Shown here piece after piece: positions 10,883 to 21,277 of a stretch of 57,289 bases of DNA. Position 1 is the first letter of the stretch; each line of letters opens with the position of its first letter. Below the pieces are notes generated by a model. That model was not told the origin of the DNA. It worked only from the letters and a program-made list of their open reading frames with translations, and ran no database searches. The stretch covers positions 1 to 57,289 of the forward strand of contig JBBSUB010000001.1 of the NCBI GenBank assembly GCA_038235345.1. The letters are read 5' to 3'. A program made the position numbers and the translations under genes. Source of the DNA: Chitinophagales bacterium (lineage in GTDB: Bacteria > Bacteroidota > Bacteroidia > Chitinophagales > Chitinophagaceae).

Positions 10883-11824
10883 TTGAAAAACAATAAACTA
10901 ACTCAGCTTCTAAATGTAGAACTGCCGATTATTCAGGCCGGTATGATTTGGACTAGTGGCTGGCGTCTTGCCTCTGCCGTATCTAATGCAGGTGCCCTCG
11001 GAGTTATTGGTGCAGGAAGCATGTATCCCGATGTATTGGACCATCACATAAAAAAATGTAAAGATGCCACCTCCAAACCCTTTGCTGTAAATCTTCCTCT
11101 TTTATACATAGATATAGATCAACATGTAGAAACATTACTCAAACATAAAGTAGAGGTTGTAATCACTTCCGCAGGCAATCCGGCAAAATTTACATCAGCA
11201 TTCAAGAAAGAAGGTATTAAAGTGATCCATGTGGTCAGCAGCAGTCGCTTTGCACTAAAAGCAGAAAGTGCCGGTTGCGATGCAGTTATTGCAGAAGGTT
11301 TTGAAGCGGGTGGACATAATGGAAGAGAAGAAACAACAACAATGGTTTTGATACCATTAGTAAGTGAGGCGGTTTCTATTCCGGTAATTGCGGCGGGCGG
11401 AATTGCCACTGGAAGACAAATGCTTTCAGCAATGGTTTTAGGAGCTGATGGAGTACAGATTGGATCGAGGTTCGTAACTTCAGAAGAGGCTTCTTCCCAT
11501 CCTGATTTTAAAAACGCGGTTATAAATTCTAACGAAGGAGATACTGTTTTAACGCTAAAGGAAATTACCCCGGTCAGATTACTGAAGAATTCGTTTTATG
11601 ATCAGATTGTTGAATCGTATAAAAAGGGTGCTTCTGTTCAGGAACTTCAAAATATTCTGGGCAGAGGCCGAGCAAAAAAAGGTATGTTTGAAGGAGATTT
11701 GACGGAGGGGGAATTAGAAATAGGCCAGGTCAGTGCATTGATTCGGCAAATAAAACCAGCGGCAGAAATTGTGGAGGAAATATGGTCGCAATTCAATGCA
11801 GCACTAATAAAGCCACTAAAATAA
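10883..11824 (+). CDS. Nitronate monooxygenase / FabK-like FMN-dependent enoyl-ACP reductase family protein
   Basis: PIIQAGM, EGFEAGGHNG, PVIAAGGIATG, GADGVQIGSRF. Confidence 0.9.
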   Translation: MKNNKLTQLLNVELPIIQAGMIWTSGWRLASAVSNAGALGVIGAGSMYPDVLDHHIKKCKDATSKPFAVNLPLLYIDIDQHVETLLKHKVEVVITSAGNPAKFTSAFKKEGIKVIHVVSSSRFALKAESAGCDAVIAEGFEAGGHNGREETTTMVLIPLVSEAVSIPVIAAGGIATGRQMLSAMVLGADGVQIGSRFVTSEEASSHPDFKNAVINSNEGDTVLTLKEITPVRLLKNSFYDQIVESYKKGASVQELQNILGRGRAKKGMFEGDLTEGELEIGQVSALIRQIKPAAEIVEEIWSQFNAALIKPLK

Positions 11825-11874
11825 ATTGGTATATTTGAACGTTTTAATAAATTATATGTAATAATCTTATTCTA

Positions 11875-14286
11875 ATGAATTTTATCAGAACTGTTTTTGC
11901 AATTAAAAGATTTTTTATTCTTCTGGCATTCCTGGGAATAAGTTTATTGTTTTCTTCAAAAAATTTACAGGCACAGGTTGTTACAGAGTTACCCGATATA
12001 CCTATAGATCCGAATGCTTTAAAAAATGCTTCCCCTGCTGAATTGCAATCTTATTTAAAAGATTTTAATCAAAGGCAACAAAACAGGAAACCCGGCGAGG
12101 ATATACATAAGGGTTTAACTGAATTAACAAGAGATCAAATTTCAAAAGACAGTACACAAAAGGATGATTTCAAGAAAAAGGTTTTTGATCCAAGAGAGAC
12201 ATATGGAGCTGATTTATTTCATGCCCGGCAAATTGTAGAACTAACAGCCCTTTCCACCCCACCGGAAGATTATCCGATTGGAGTAGGTGACCATATTGTT
12301 GTTTCACTTTGGGGAGGGGCAGATTTTGAACAGGATTATATTGTAGCGAGGGATGGCTCTATTTTCCCTCAGGGTTTGGGCAAAATAACCGTTCAGGGTT
12401 TAACTTTCGCAAATGCAAGATCCATCATTTTTGACCGCTTCAGAAGGGTCATTCCTTCATCCACAAATATCTCCATTACTCTTGGACAACCCCGTTCCAT
12501 CGTTGTACAGGCTTCAGGAAATGTAGAAAGCCCTGGCCCGATAGTCGTTTCCGCATTTACCAATGCACTCAACGTGATCGCTCTTGCGGGGGGCGTTACA
12601 GAATTTGGAAATTTACGTTCAATATTAATTTCCCGGAATGGAAAAGTGATCGATACTGTAGATGTATATAAATATTTGAACACGGGTGATTACGGGAAGC
12701 ATCTTTACCTGGAAAATAATGATTTTATAATTGTTCCATTTTATGACAAAAAAGTTTTGGCGAGCGGACAGTTTAAAAGACCCATGTATTACCAATTAAA
12801 AAAGAATGAAGGAGTATTGGATCTGATGAAATTTGCCGGAGGCTTCACGTCCGATGCGTATTCTTCCGGTGGTTCCATTATCCGGAATTTTGAGGAAAAA
12901 CAAATCATAAAAACAGTCAATTTTAATGCATTAGGTTTAAAAGCACAAGGCCATGTTACTGATGAACCATTATATGATGGAGATATGGTTATTGTGAACT
13001 TTATAAATCCGGGATTGAAAAATAAAGTGATCATACGGGGAGAGGTAGCATACCCAAATGTGTATGAAGTAAGACCGGGGGACAGATTGTTTGATTTGAT
13101 CAACAGGGCAGGAGGTATTACTCCTAACTCATTTCTTGACCGGGCTTATGTCTATAAAGGAGCTGGTGATTCAACAAATTTAAAATCTGATAAAATAGAT
13201 GTAACCTTAAGCGATTTTAATAAAGATCTAAATAGTAAACAAAACATTTTAATAGAACCAAATGATGTTATTGAGGTATTTAATAAAAATCAATTCAGTG
13301 ACAAGCAAACGATCCGAATAGAAGGAGAGGTGCGCAATCCCGGTAGCTTTAACCGGTATGGAGGCATGACTCTGAAAGACCTTCTTTTCTTTGCTAATGG
13401 GTTAAAGCCATCGGCTGAATTCGGAAGTATCATCGTGTCCAGTATAGTAGATATTGATTCCTCACAAAGAGGTTTAAAGCCTACGAAGAATATTACGCGA
13501 ACCTATGCCGTAAGTCAGAATTTAGCGCTGGATTCAGTCACAGAAAACGTTAAGATCAGACCTTACGACCAGGTCTTTGTACGTAAAAATCCGAATTTTA
13601 AATTGCAGCAAAATGTCACGCTGAAAGGAGAGATTCTTTATCCGGGTAAGTATCCAAAATTAATTGAACAGGAAACAGTGTCCTCTTTTCTTCAGAGAGC
13701 AGGAGGTCTTAAAGAAAATGCGAATCCCGATGGTGCAAAGCTTTACAGGCTAAAGGATTCTGTTTTTGCTGGAAATATGGACACTAAAATCAATAAAGCC
13801 AATTATATTAAGGATTCGACAGGTAGGATTATCGATAGTGTTATAATTGATTCTGCAGAACCTATTATAATCGATTTAAAGGAAGCACTTAAATTCCCCG
13901 GCTCTAAATACGATATCGTATTGAAGGAAGGGGATATCATAGTAGTACCTGAAATAAATCCCGTTGTTACCATTAGAGGAGCTGTGCAAAGTCAGCTAAA
14001 AATGTATGTGGATAAAGATCATTCCGACATGCTTTATTACATTGACCGGGCCGGAGGGTTTGGAGTCCGCCCCTGGAAAAGGCGTATATATGTAACTTAT
14101 GCAAGTGGAAAAAGCAGGAAAACTAAAAACTTCGGATTTTTTCATTTTTACCCCAAAGTAGAAGCGGGAAGTATTGTGGTGGTACCTACAAGGCCCGAAG
14201 GTAAAGGTGTTGGGAATTTTGCTGTACAGGTCCTTGTAACTTCACTGCCTATATTCGTTGCTTTTCTATTAACCAAAGCAAAATAA
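11875..14286 (+). CDS. Polysaccharide export protein with multiple SLBB repeats (Wza/KpsD-like)
   Basis: Signal peptide, DYPIGVGD poly_export motif, repeated GEV..PG / AGG SLBB units. Confidence 0.9.
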   Translation: MNFIRTVFAIKRFFILLAFLGISLLFSSKNLQAQVVTELPDIPIDPNALKNASPAELQSYLKDFNQRQQNRKPGEDIHKGLTELTRDQISKDSTQKDDFKKKVFDPRETYGADLFHARQIVELTALSTPPEDYPIGVGDHIVVSLWGGADFEQDYIVARDGSIFPQGLGKITVQGLTFANARSIIFDRFRRVIPSSTNISITLGQPRSIVVQASGNVESPGPIVVSAFTNALNVIALAGGVTEFGNLRSILISRNGKVIDTVDVYKYLNTGDYGKHLYLENNDFIIVPFYDKKVLASGQFKRPMYYQLKKNEGVLDLMKFAGGFTSDAYSSGGSIIRNFEEKQIIKTVNFNALGLKAQGHVTDEPLYDGDMVIVNFINPGLKNKVIIRGEVAYPNVYEVRPGDRLFDLINRAGGITPNSFLDRAYVYKGAGDSTNLKSDKIDVTLSDFNKDLNSKQNILIEPNDVIEVFNKNQFSDKQTIRIEGEVRNPGSFNRYGGMTLKDLLFFANGLKPSAEFGSIIVSSIVDIDSSQRGLKPTKNITRTYAVSQNLALDSVTENVKIRPYDQVFVRKNPNFKLQQNVTLKGEILYPGKYPKLIEQETVSSFLQRAGGLKENANPDGAKLYRLKDSVFAGNMDTKINKANYIKDSTGRIIDSVIIDSAEPIIIDLKEALKFPGSKYDIVLKEGDIIVVPEINPVVTIRGAVQSQLKMYVDKDHSDMLYYIDRAGGFGVRPWKRRIYVTYASGKSRKTKNFGFFHFYPKVEAGSIVVVPTRPEGKGVGNFAVQVLVTSLPIFVAFLLTKAK

Positions 14287-14290
14287 TAAA

Positions 14291-15337
14291 ATGACCTCAC
14301 AAGAATTAACAGCTGCGCTTTTTCTTCGATTAAAGAAAACATGGTTTTTTATACTTGCCGCAGGCATTATTGGTGCAGGCATACTTATTTATTATGCTTT
14401 GCAAAAACCTGTTACGTTTACATCTACTGCAACTATTTTTCCCCTTACCAGTGGAGCTGATAACAGTACATCCTCCGTATTAAGTGCCCTCATGGGTACA
14501 AATGAGAGTTCCAAGAGCTTTAGTGACGATGCATCTATTAATATTATTGAACTTGCCCAAAGTCGTACTACACGGGAAGAGGTGGCTGCGATAAAAGTTC
14601 CTGAAAAAGGAAATAAAACAATTGCGGAACTGCTCGTAGAAGAAATAAACGAACACCGGGGAATATTGGAACCCGAAACAGAAATGCCTACCAACGAATA
14701 TAACCGGATAACCTGGGCAGGACGTATACTGAAAGACCGGTTAACAGCAACCATAAATAAGAATAACAGTTTTGTTTTGTCCTATACCGGACGTACAGAG
14801 GATTTGGTCCGGATCATCAGTTATGGTTTTATCGATAAAATATCCTTGTTTTATATTGATCTGAAAAGAGAAAAGGCCAAAAGAGATTTTGAATTTGCAA
14901 CAGGCAAAGTGGATTCCCTCAGGAGTGTAATGAATTCAAAGGATAAGCAACTTATAGAAATGGATAAAAGAACCATGTTTACCAATACAAGTAAACTGGA
15001 ATTCAGAGTGCCTACAGAGAATTTAATTGCAGACAAGCAAATGATCAGAAGCCAATATGCAACTGCGGTTGCAAATCAACAAAATGCAGCGTATAAATTG
15101 CAGAAATCTACACCAGTAATAAAAGTGCTGGACAGGCCGGAGCCTCCCTATTATATCCAGCATAAATCTCCCGTTATATTCGGCACTATTGGATTTTTTG
15201 CCGGCTTTTTAATAATCGGATTATTGGCTGTTAGTGGTATTTTACTGAGTTATGTAAAAGCTGAAACGACTAAGGTTATTTTTGGGCCGGGGAAGTCTCC
15301 CGGTGGGAAAGTGAACCAGGTTCTAGGAAACAGGTAA
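14291..15337 (+). CDS. Wzz/polysaccharide co-polymerase-like protein without kinase domain
   Basis: N- and C-terminal TM helices flanking a coiled-coil region, PVIKVLDRPEPP motif, directly after the SLBB gene. Confidence 0.75.
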   Translation: MTSQELTAALFLRLKKTWFFILAAGIIGAGILIYYALQKPVTFTSTATIFPLTSGADNSTSSVLSALMGTNESSKSFSDDASINIIELAQSRTTREEVAAIKVPEKGNKTIAELLVEEINEHRGILEPETEMPTNEYNRITWAGRILKDRLTATINKNNSFVLSYTGRTEDLVRIISYGFIDKISLFYIDLKREKAKRDFEFATGKVDSLRSVMNSKDKQLIEMDKRTMFTNTSKLEFRVPTENLIADKQMIRSQYATAVANQQNAAYKLQKSTPVIKVLDRPEPPYYIQHKSPVIFGTIGFFAGFLIIGLLAVSGILLSYVKAETTKVIFGPGKSPGGKVNQVLGNR

Positions 15338-15427
15338 TTTTTGTCAAAGAATTACAATTCAGGATCAAATAGGATTCCCCGCTGATTTGGTGAATTACGT
15401 ACTTTCAAGGCGTAGAATTGGGAGTAA

Positions 15428-16018
15428 TTATTTTTTTAGATCCAGAATTCGTTGTACATATTTACCCAGAATATCAAATTCTATATTTACAATATCATTC
15501 TTTTTGAGTGTTTTAAAATTTGTATGCTCCATCGTATACGGAATGATGGTTACTTTAAATGTATTTTCTTTGAGGTTAAAAACGGTGAGGCTGACCCCGT
15601 TTATACAGGTTGATCCTTTTTCTATAATCAATGGAGCAAAAGATTCCCGGTACCGGAAAGTGAATTCTTTACTTCCTTTCTCATCTTTTACCTCAATACA
15701 TTGAGCAGTATCATCCACATGACCCTGTACCATGTGCCCATCCAGGCGCCCATTCATTTTCATAGCCCTTTCAAGATTAATGAAATCATCCGGTTTCCAA
15801 AGCAATGAGTTGGTTTTGGATAAAGTTTCTTTCACGGCGGTTACCCGGTAAATATCTCCTGTGATCTCCTCTATTGTAAGACAAATTCCATTATGACTAA
15901 CACTTTCATCTACCTTTAATTGATGGGTAAGCGTACTTTTTATATAGAAACTTCGGTTGCCTTCATTCACCGATATTTTCTCTATTTTACCTAATTCCTC
16001 AATAATTCCTGTGAACAT
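15428..16018 (-). CDS. ribE: Riboflavin synthase (alpha chain)
   Basis: MFTGIIEE start, NGICLT, INLERAM, GHMVQGHVD, NGVSLT, VNIEFD. Confidence 0.96.
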   Translation of the reverse strand: MFTGIIEELGKIEKISVNEGNRSFYIKSTLTHQLKVDESVSHNGICLTIEEITGDIYRVTAVKETLSKTNSLLWKPDDFINLERAMKMNGRLDGHMVQGHVDDTAQCIEVKDEKGSKEFTFRYRESFAPLIIEKGSTCINGVSLTVFNLKENTFKVTIIPYTMEHTNFKTLKKNDIVNIEFDILGKYVQRILDLKK

Positions 16019-16134
16019 TTTTCTGGTTTTTGTGAAAGTTTGCAAATATTTTTATTTGTATTTGCAAAAAGTGGCTAAATGTAATAAAAACTCTTATCTT
16101 CGCACTCCTAAAAAAAAATTAAAGGAATATTTAT

Positions 16135-16332
16135 ATGCTGATAATTGATTCAAAAGATTGCGAAAATATTGATAAAGCACTTAAGAAGTACAAAAAGAAA
16201 TTTGAAAAAAGTCGTACTCTATTGCAATTGCGCGAGCGCCAGGCATTTACAAAGCCCTCTATTAAAAAGAGAGTGCAGAAATTGAAAGCCGTGTACAAGC
16301 AGCAGATCGATAGCGGTAAAATAGAAATTTAG
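16135..16332 (+). CDS. rpsU: 30S ribosomal protein S21
   Basis: ENIDKALKKYKKKF...LRERQAFTKPS. Confidence 0.95.
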   Translation: MLIIDSKDCENIDKALKKYKKKFEKSRTLLQLRERQAFTKPSIKKRVQKLKAVYKQQIDSGKIEI

Positions 16333-16394
16333 ATTCATTTTATATAAGGATTTTCATAACCGGATAGCCTATCTTTACAGCTACCGGTTTTTTT

Positions 16395-17297
16395 ATGGCA
16401 CCAATTGAAGCTTATCCTCTTAAAGAATTTCTTAACTATCTTTCCAATCAAAAAAGGTATTCAGCTCATACTGTTATTGCTTACAAAACAGATCTGGAAT
16501 TCTTTCTTATGTTTATTTTATTGGAATATCCGGATACTCCTCTTTCAGAAATTTCTTCCTCCATGGTGCGTACCTGGCTTGCTTCATTAAAAGAAAAAAA
16601 TGAATCTTCCCGTACAATCAACCGGAAAATATCCTCCTTAAAAGCTTTTTTTAAATACCAGCTCCGATCCGAAACAATTACTTGTAGTCCTGTTTCAACA
16701 GTGCATTCCCTGAAAGTGAGCAGAAAACTTCCATCATATATTGAAGAGAAGGAAGCAGATAATTTATTTGAGAAAGTTGATTTCCCATTGAGTTGGGAAG
16801 GGCACCTGGATTATTTAATCCTGGAAATATTATATCAGACCGGTGTCCGTTTAAGTGAATTAATCTTTTTAAAGGAAAATAATGTTGATCCTGTCTCCGG
16901 TACTCTAAAAGTGGAAGGTAAAGGGAATAAGGAAAGAATTATTCCCGTTAGTAATCGGCTGCTCAGGCATATTTCTGAATACATCATAGAAAAGCGAAAG
17001 TTTTTTGGAACCGAAAACCGGGAGTATTTGCTCGTGAATTCAAAAGGCAAAATTCTCTACCCAAAGTATGTTTATAATATGTCTAAAAAGTATTTAAAGG
17101 AAGTTTCTACCATCGAAAAAAGGAGCCCTCATACTTTACGGCACACTTTCGCTACACATTTAACAAATAATGGAGCCCAAATAAATGCTATAAAAGAATT
17201 ATTAGGACACTCCAGTCTGGCTGCTACACAGATATATACACATAATAGTATTGAGAAATTAAAAGAAGTCCATAAGCAGGCGCATCCCCGCTCGTAA
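16395..17297 (+). CDS. xerC: Tyrosine recombinase XerC
   Basis: GVRLSE, GKGNKER, HTLRHTFATH, LLGH, TQIY catalytic motifs; rpsU-xerC-hpf context. Confidence 0.9.
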   Translation: MAPIEAYPLKEFLNYLSNQKRYSAHTVIAYKTDLEFFLMFILLEYPDTPLSEISSSMVRTWLASLKEKNESSRTINRKISSLKAFFKYQLRSETITCSPVSTVHSLKVSRKLPSYIEEKEADNLFEKVDFPLSWEGHLDYLILEILYQTGVRLSELIFLKENNVDPVSGTLKVEGKGNKERIIPVSNRLLRHISEYIIEKRKFFGTENREYLLVNSKGKILYPKYVYNMSKKYLKEVSTIEKRSPHTLRHTFATHLTNNGAQINAIKELLGHSSLAATQIYTHNSIEKLKEVHKQAHPRS

Positions 17298-17444
17298 AAA
17301 ATATTGAATTTTTGTACGAATCCCTTGGAAAAATGCGTTCATGAATGTACCTTCCATTTTGTAATAATTGTATATTTTAGAAAATTAGTATGAAATGATA
17401 TTTACTTTTTAAACTTTTTAATCATTTTTAAATTAACCTGGATT

Positions 17445-17744
17445 ATGAACGTAAACATTCAAACACAACGGTTCGACGCAGATTCAAAACTGGTAACATT
17501 TATAGAAAAAAAGCTTTCTAAATTAGTCCAGTATAATGATCGCATAACCAAAATAGATGTGTATCTAAAATTAGAAAATGTAACTCATAAGGTGAAAGAT
17601 AAAGTTGCGGAGATTAAAGTGCATATCCCGAAAAATAATTTTTTTGTAAAACATTCATCGAAATCTTTTGAAGAAAGTATAGATGTGGCGCTGGATTCAG
17701 TCATTACACAGATAAAAAGAAAGAAGGAAAAAATAGCCGCCTAA
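17445..17744 (+). CDS. raiA: Ribosome hibernation promoting factor / RaiA
   Basis: 99 aa, FDADSKLV.FIEKKL.KL, SKSFEESID; follows xerC. Confidence 0.9.
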   Translation: MNVNIQTQRFDADSKLVTFIEKKLSKLVQYNDRITKIDVYLKLENVTHKVKDKVAEIKVHIPKNNFFVKHSSKSFEESIDVALDSVITQIKRKKEKIAA

Positions 17745-17766
17745 GGCAATATTCTGTTATTTTTCT

Positions 17767-17794
17767 AAACCCCTATAAATTGTAGGGGTTTTTT
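17767..17794 (+). terminator. Intrinsic terminator after raiA
   Basis: aaaCCCCTAtaaattgTAGGGGtttttt. Confidence 0.8.
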
Positions 17795-17988
17795 AATAGA
17801 TATTCATTTACTTTGCGCCTTCAAACTGGTTCTTAAACAAAGCAAATAGGTCGATTTTGAAAATTCCTTGAAATATTTCTTTTCAAAGTTTTTCCATTAA
17901 AGTTTTTCCATTACCTTTGCCTTCCGAAAAAAAACCCTGTGGTTATTTTTTGGTAAAAGTTCCTGGAAAGATGTTGGAGTAATTAAGT

Positions 17989-18062
17989 GCCAGTGTAGCT
18001 CAGTTGGCCAGAGCAGCTGATTTGTAATCAGCTGGTCGGGGGTTCGAATCCCTCCACTGGCT
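17989..18062 (+). tRNA. tRNA-Thr (TGT)
   Basis: Acceptor GCCAGTG/CACTGGC, anticodon arm CTGAT-TTGTAA-TCAG, GGTTCGAATCC T-arm. Confidence 0.97.
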
Positions 18063-18154
18063 CTTTGATTTTTAGAATTAAATTGATTTTTGACATATGG
18101 ATTCTTTCAAATCACCAGATCTGAGAAGAAATATTTTAAGTTAGAAATTAACAT

Positions 18155-18237
18155 GGGCAGATGGCCGAGTGGTTAAAGGCGGCAGACTGTAAATCTGCTC
18201 TCTCACGAGTACGTAGGTTCGAAACCTACTCTGCCCA
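18155..18237 (+). tRNA. tRNA-Tyr (GTA)
   Basis: Acceptor GGGCAGA/TCTGCCC, GCAGA-CTGTAAA-TCTGC anticodon arm, long variable arm, GGTTCGAAACC. Confidence 0.97.
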
Positions 18238-18252
18238 CTTAGTTTTTTGAAA

Positions 18253-18305
18253 TGATTGAGTCAAATTGTTCTTTTGAAAGTTGGAAGAACAATTTGACTC
18301 AATCA
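18253..18305. repeat. Perfect 21-bp inverted repeat (hairpin) in tRNA spacer
   Basis: tgattgagtcaaattgttctt-11 nt-aagaacaatttgactcaatca. Confidence 0.9.
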
Positions 18306-18340
18306 GGAAAAAGAGTTCACCCACAGGTTGGGAAACTTAA

Positions 18341-18538
18341 AAGTTTTTTGAAATAATTTAATTAAGAGAGTTTATAGATTGAATTTTCTGACTTCTTTTG
18401 CCCGAATGTTCGGGATAGCACAAGGGTAGAACACGCCGATAGTAACCAGGAAGGTTTTGAGTTCAATTCTTAAAAGAAAAAAGTTTTTTGAAATAGTTTA
18501 ATTAAGAAAGTTTATAGATTGAATTTTCTGACTTCTTT
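18341..18538 (+). repeat. 58-bp direct repeat with 140-bp period (18341-18398 and 18481-18538)
   Basis: aagttttttgaaata(a/g)tttaattaaga(g/a)agtttatagattgaattttctgacttcttt, 2 mismatches. Confidence 0.92.
18400..18480 (+). pseudogene. Decayed copy of tRNA-Thr(GGT)
   Basis: tagcacaagggtagaacac...tgagttcaattct aligns with tagctcaggggtagagcac...tgagttcaattct of the downstream tRNA; acceptor and anticodon stems no longer pair. Confidence 0.75.
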
Positions 18539-18542
18539 ACAA

Positions 18543-18614
<72 letters not shown>

Positions 18615-18678
18615 CTTTGTGATTTTGGTAAGAACAGAATTATAGAAACAATTATTAATTAAAATAAAAAGTATTTAA

Positions 18679-18751
18679 GCGGAAGTAGCTCAATTGGTAG
18701 AGCGATAGCCTTCCAAGCTATAGGTCGCGAGTTCGAGGCTCGTCTTCCGCT
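18679..18751 (+). tRNA. tRNA-Gly (TCC)
   Basis: Acceptor GCGGAAG/CTTCCGC, ATAGC-CTTCCAA-GCTAT anticodon arm, GAGTTCGAGGCTC. Confidence 0.96.
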
Positions 18752-18814
18752 CAAAATTTAAACATCGAAAGGTGGATAATAAAATTTTTAACACACAAAT
18801 TAAAAACAGTAAAA

Positions 18815-20002
18815 ATGGCAAAAGAGAATTTTAAAAGGGATAAACCCCACGTTAACATAGGTACTATCGGCCACGTGGATCATGGTAAAACAACCCTAAC
18901 AGCCGCTATATCCGATTTTTTGTCTAAGAAGGGTTTGGCGGAGAAAAAAAATTATGCAGATATTGACGTTGCTCCAGAGGAAAAAGAAAGAGGTATCACA
19001 ATTAATACTTCACACGTAGAATACGCAACGGTTGCTCGTCACTATGCACACGTTGATTGTCCAGGTCACGCGGATTATGTAAAAAACATGATCACTGGTG
19101 CTGCGCAAATGGATGGTGCAATATTGGTAGTTGCTGCAACTGATGGCCCTATGCCTCAAACAAAAGAACACATCTTGTTGGCCCGTCAGGTTGGCGTTCC
19201 TCAGATCGTTGTTTTTATGAATAAAGTAGATTTGGTGGATGATCCTGAACTACTTGAACTAGTAGAAATGGAAATCCGCGAATTGTTATCTTCTTACGGT
19301 TTCGATGGCGATAACACTCCAATCATCCAGGGTTCTGCTACAGGAGCATTGGCTGGTGATGAAAAATGGTCAGAAAAAATCGGCGAATTAATGGATGCAG
19401 TTGATAGCTATATTCCATTACCTCCACGTCCGGTTGATCAACCATTCCTTATGTCGATAGAGGACGTTTTCTCTATCACAGGTCGTGGTACAGTAGCTAC
19501 AGGTCGTATCGAAAGAGGTCGTATCAAAGTTGGTGAAGGAATTGAAATCGTTGGTCTAATGGAAAAACCATTAACATCAACTGTTACAGGTGTTGAAATG
19601 TTTAAGAAATTATTGGATCAAGGTGAAGCTGGTGATAACGCAGGTCTTCTATTACGTGGTATTGAGAAAACTCAAATCCGTCGTGGTATGGTTCTTTGCA
19701 AGCCAGGTTCAATTACTCCGCATACAGAATTTAAAGGGGAAGTATACGTATTGAGCAAAGAAGAAGGCGGACGTCATACTCCATTCTTTAAAAACTATCG
19801 TCCTCAGTTCTACTTCAGAACCACAGACGTTACAGGAGAAGTTACATTACCGGAAGGAACTGAAATGGTTATGCCTGGTGATAATACATCTCTTACAGTA
19901 AAATTGATTCAACCGATCGCAATGGAAAAAGGATTGAAATTCGCGATTCGTGAAGGTGGCCGTACAGTTGGTGCCGGACAGGTTACAGAAATATTGAAAT
20001 AA
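18815..20002 (+). CDS. tuf: Elongation factor Tu
   Basis: [31 protein letters not shown]. Confidence 0.99.
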   Translation: MAKENFKRDKPHVNIGTIGHVDHGKTTLTAAISDFLSKKGLAEKKNYADIDVAPEEKERGITINTSHVEYATVARHYAHVDCPGHADYVKNMITGAAQMDGAILVVAATDGPMPQTKEHILLARQVGVPQIVVFMNKVDLVDDPELLELVEMEIRELLSSYGFDGDNTPIIQGSATGALAGDEKWSEKIGELMDAVDSYIPLPPRPVDQPFLMSIEDVFSITGRGTVATGRIERGRIKVGEGIEIVGLMEKPLTSTVTGVEMFKKLLDQGEAGDNAGLLLRGIEKTQIRRGMVLCKPGSITPHTEFKGEVYVLSKEEGGRHTPFFKNYRPQFYFRTTDVTGEVTLPEGTEMVMPGDNTSLTVKLIQPIAMEKGLKFAIREGGRTVGAGQVTEILK

Positions 20003-20017
20003 GATACTATTTCTTTG

Positions 20018-20065
20018 AAACCAAAATTAGCTAATTAGCAATTGCTGATTAGCTAATTTGGTTTT
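20018..20065. terminator. Long hairpin between tuf and tRNA-Trp
   Basis: aaaccaaaattagctaattagc-aatt-gctgattagctaatttggtttt near-perfect inverted repeat. Confidence 0.65.
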
Positions 20066-20081
20066 AGGGAAATGATGATCT

Positions 20082-20152
20082 ACGGGCGTAGTTCAACGGT
20101 AGAATAGAGGTCTCCAAAACCTTTGATCAGGGTTCGAATCCTTGCGCCCGTG
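20082..20152 (+). tRNA. tRNA-Trp (CCA)
   Basis: Acceptor ACGGGCG/CGCCCGT, anticodon loop CTCCAAA, GGTTCGAATCC; canonical tuf-trnW-secE position. Confidence 0.96.
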
Positions 20153-20324
20153 CAAACGAATTTTCAAGTAGAGAATTTTATAAAAGTTTAAGCAAAAGTT
20201 ATCTTACAATTTAATATATTGCAAGGATACTTTTAGGAAGGAGTGGAATAGGATAATTCAAAATAAACGTAGATTTTTTTTATCAATTCCCGGCGACAAC
20301 TAACAAACAGTAAAAAATTTAGAA

Positions 20325-20519
20325 ATGAATAAAATTGGATTGTATATAAGAGATTCATATAATGAATTGTTGCACAAAGTAACCTGGCCTACTTGGGAAG
20401 AGCTGCAGCAATCTACTATGATTGTATTAGTGGCAACCATTATTATCACAGCAATTGTCGCTTTAATGGATTTCGTTTCAAATGGAGTTCTACAATTTGT
20501 TTATTCTTTATTTAAGTAA
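20325..20519 (+). CDS. secE: Preprotein translocase subunit SecE
   Basis: ELLHKVTWPTWEEL motif plus a single TM helix; precedes nusG. Confidence 0.95.
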   Translation: MNKIGLYIRDSYNELLHKVTWPTWEELQQSTMIVLVATIIITAIVALMDFVSNGVLQFVYSLFK

Positions 20520-20521
20520 AT

Positions 20522-21178
20522 ATGACAGATACAGATAACATGGATGAAAATTTACAAGAGGAATCAGCTCCTGAGACCGATGTAAGTATTGAATCTACTC
20601 CGGCTGCTGCTCCTGCACCGGAAACTAAATGGTACGTGCTAAGGGTAGTAAGTGGCAAAGAGCGGAAGATTAAAGAATATCTTGATAAAGACATCATCAG
20701 AAACGGATGGGATAAATCAATTCTTCAGATATTTTTACCGGTTGAGAAAGTGTACAAAGTAGTTTCGGGTAAAAAGGTGATGAGAGAAAGAAATTTCTAT
20801 CCCGGTTATATTATGATGGAGGTGTTAGATGGAGAACTTACAGAAGCAATGATTCAGCATCTAAGTAACGTAACGAATGTTATGCACTTTCTTACAGATG
20901 GGAAAGGCTCGAGGGGAAATATTATCAGCTTGCGTAAAGCGGAAGTAAATAAAATGCTTGGTAAGGTTGATGAAATGTCTGACGCAGGTGGTATGACGAT
21001 GAGTGAACCATTTATTGTTGGTGAAACCATTAAGATTATCGACGGACCATTTAACGACTTTAATGGTGTAATTGAAGAAGTAACAGATGAAAAGAAAAAA
21101 TTGAAAGTTCAGGTAAAGATATTTGGTCGCGCTACTCCTGTTGAGTTAAGTTATATGCAGGTAGAAAAATTAGTCTAA
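20522..21178 (+). CDS. nusG: Transcription termination/antitermination factor NusG with acidic N-terminal extension
   Basis: KWYVLRVVSGKE, FYPGYI, KOW domain IIDGPFNDFNG...KIFGRATPVEL. Confidence 0.97.
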   Translation: MTDTDNMDENLQEESAPETDVSIESTPAAAPAPETKWYVLRVVSGKERKIKEYLDKDIIRNGWDKSILQIFLPVEKVYKVVSGKKVMRERNFYPGYIMMEVLDGELTEAMIQHLSNVTNVMHFLTDGKGSRGNIISLRKAEVNKMLGKVDEMSDAGGMTMSEPFIVGETIKIIDGPFNDFNGVIEEVTDEKKKLKVQVKIFGRATPVELSYMQVEKLV

Positions 21179-21199
21179 AATATTTTTTAAAGTAGTTAC

Positions 21200-21229
21200 A
21201 AACCGGTTCAGAAATGAGCCGGTTTTTTT
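21200..21229. terminator. Intrinsic terminator after nusG
   Basis: aaaCCGGTTCAgaaaTGAGCCGGtttttt. Confidence 0.8.
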
Positions 21230-21277
21230 GTGTACTAATTTCTGTAGTTATTGAAGATGATTATCTGTTTGCTTAAT

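Noticed and set aside
16395-17297. Tyrosine recombinase near tRNAs as a prophage/ICE integrase
   Set aside because: 300-aa XerC-type protein in housekeeping rpsU-xerC-hpf context; no phage or conjugation genes nearby
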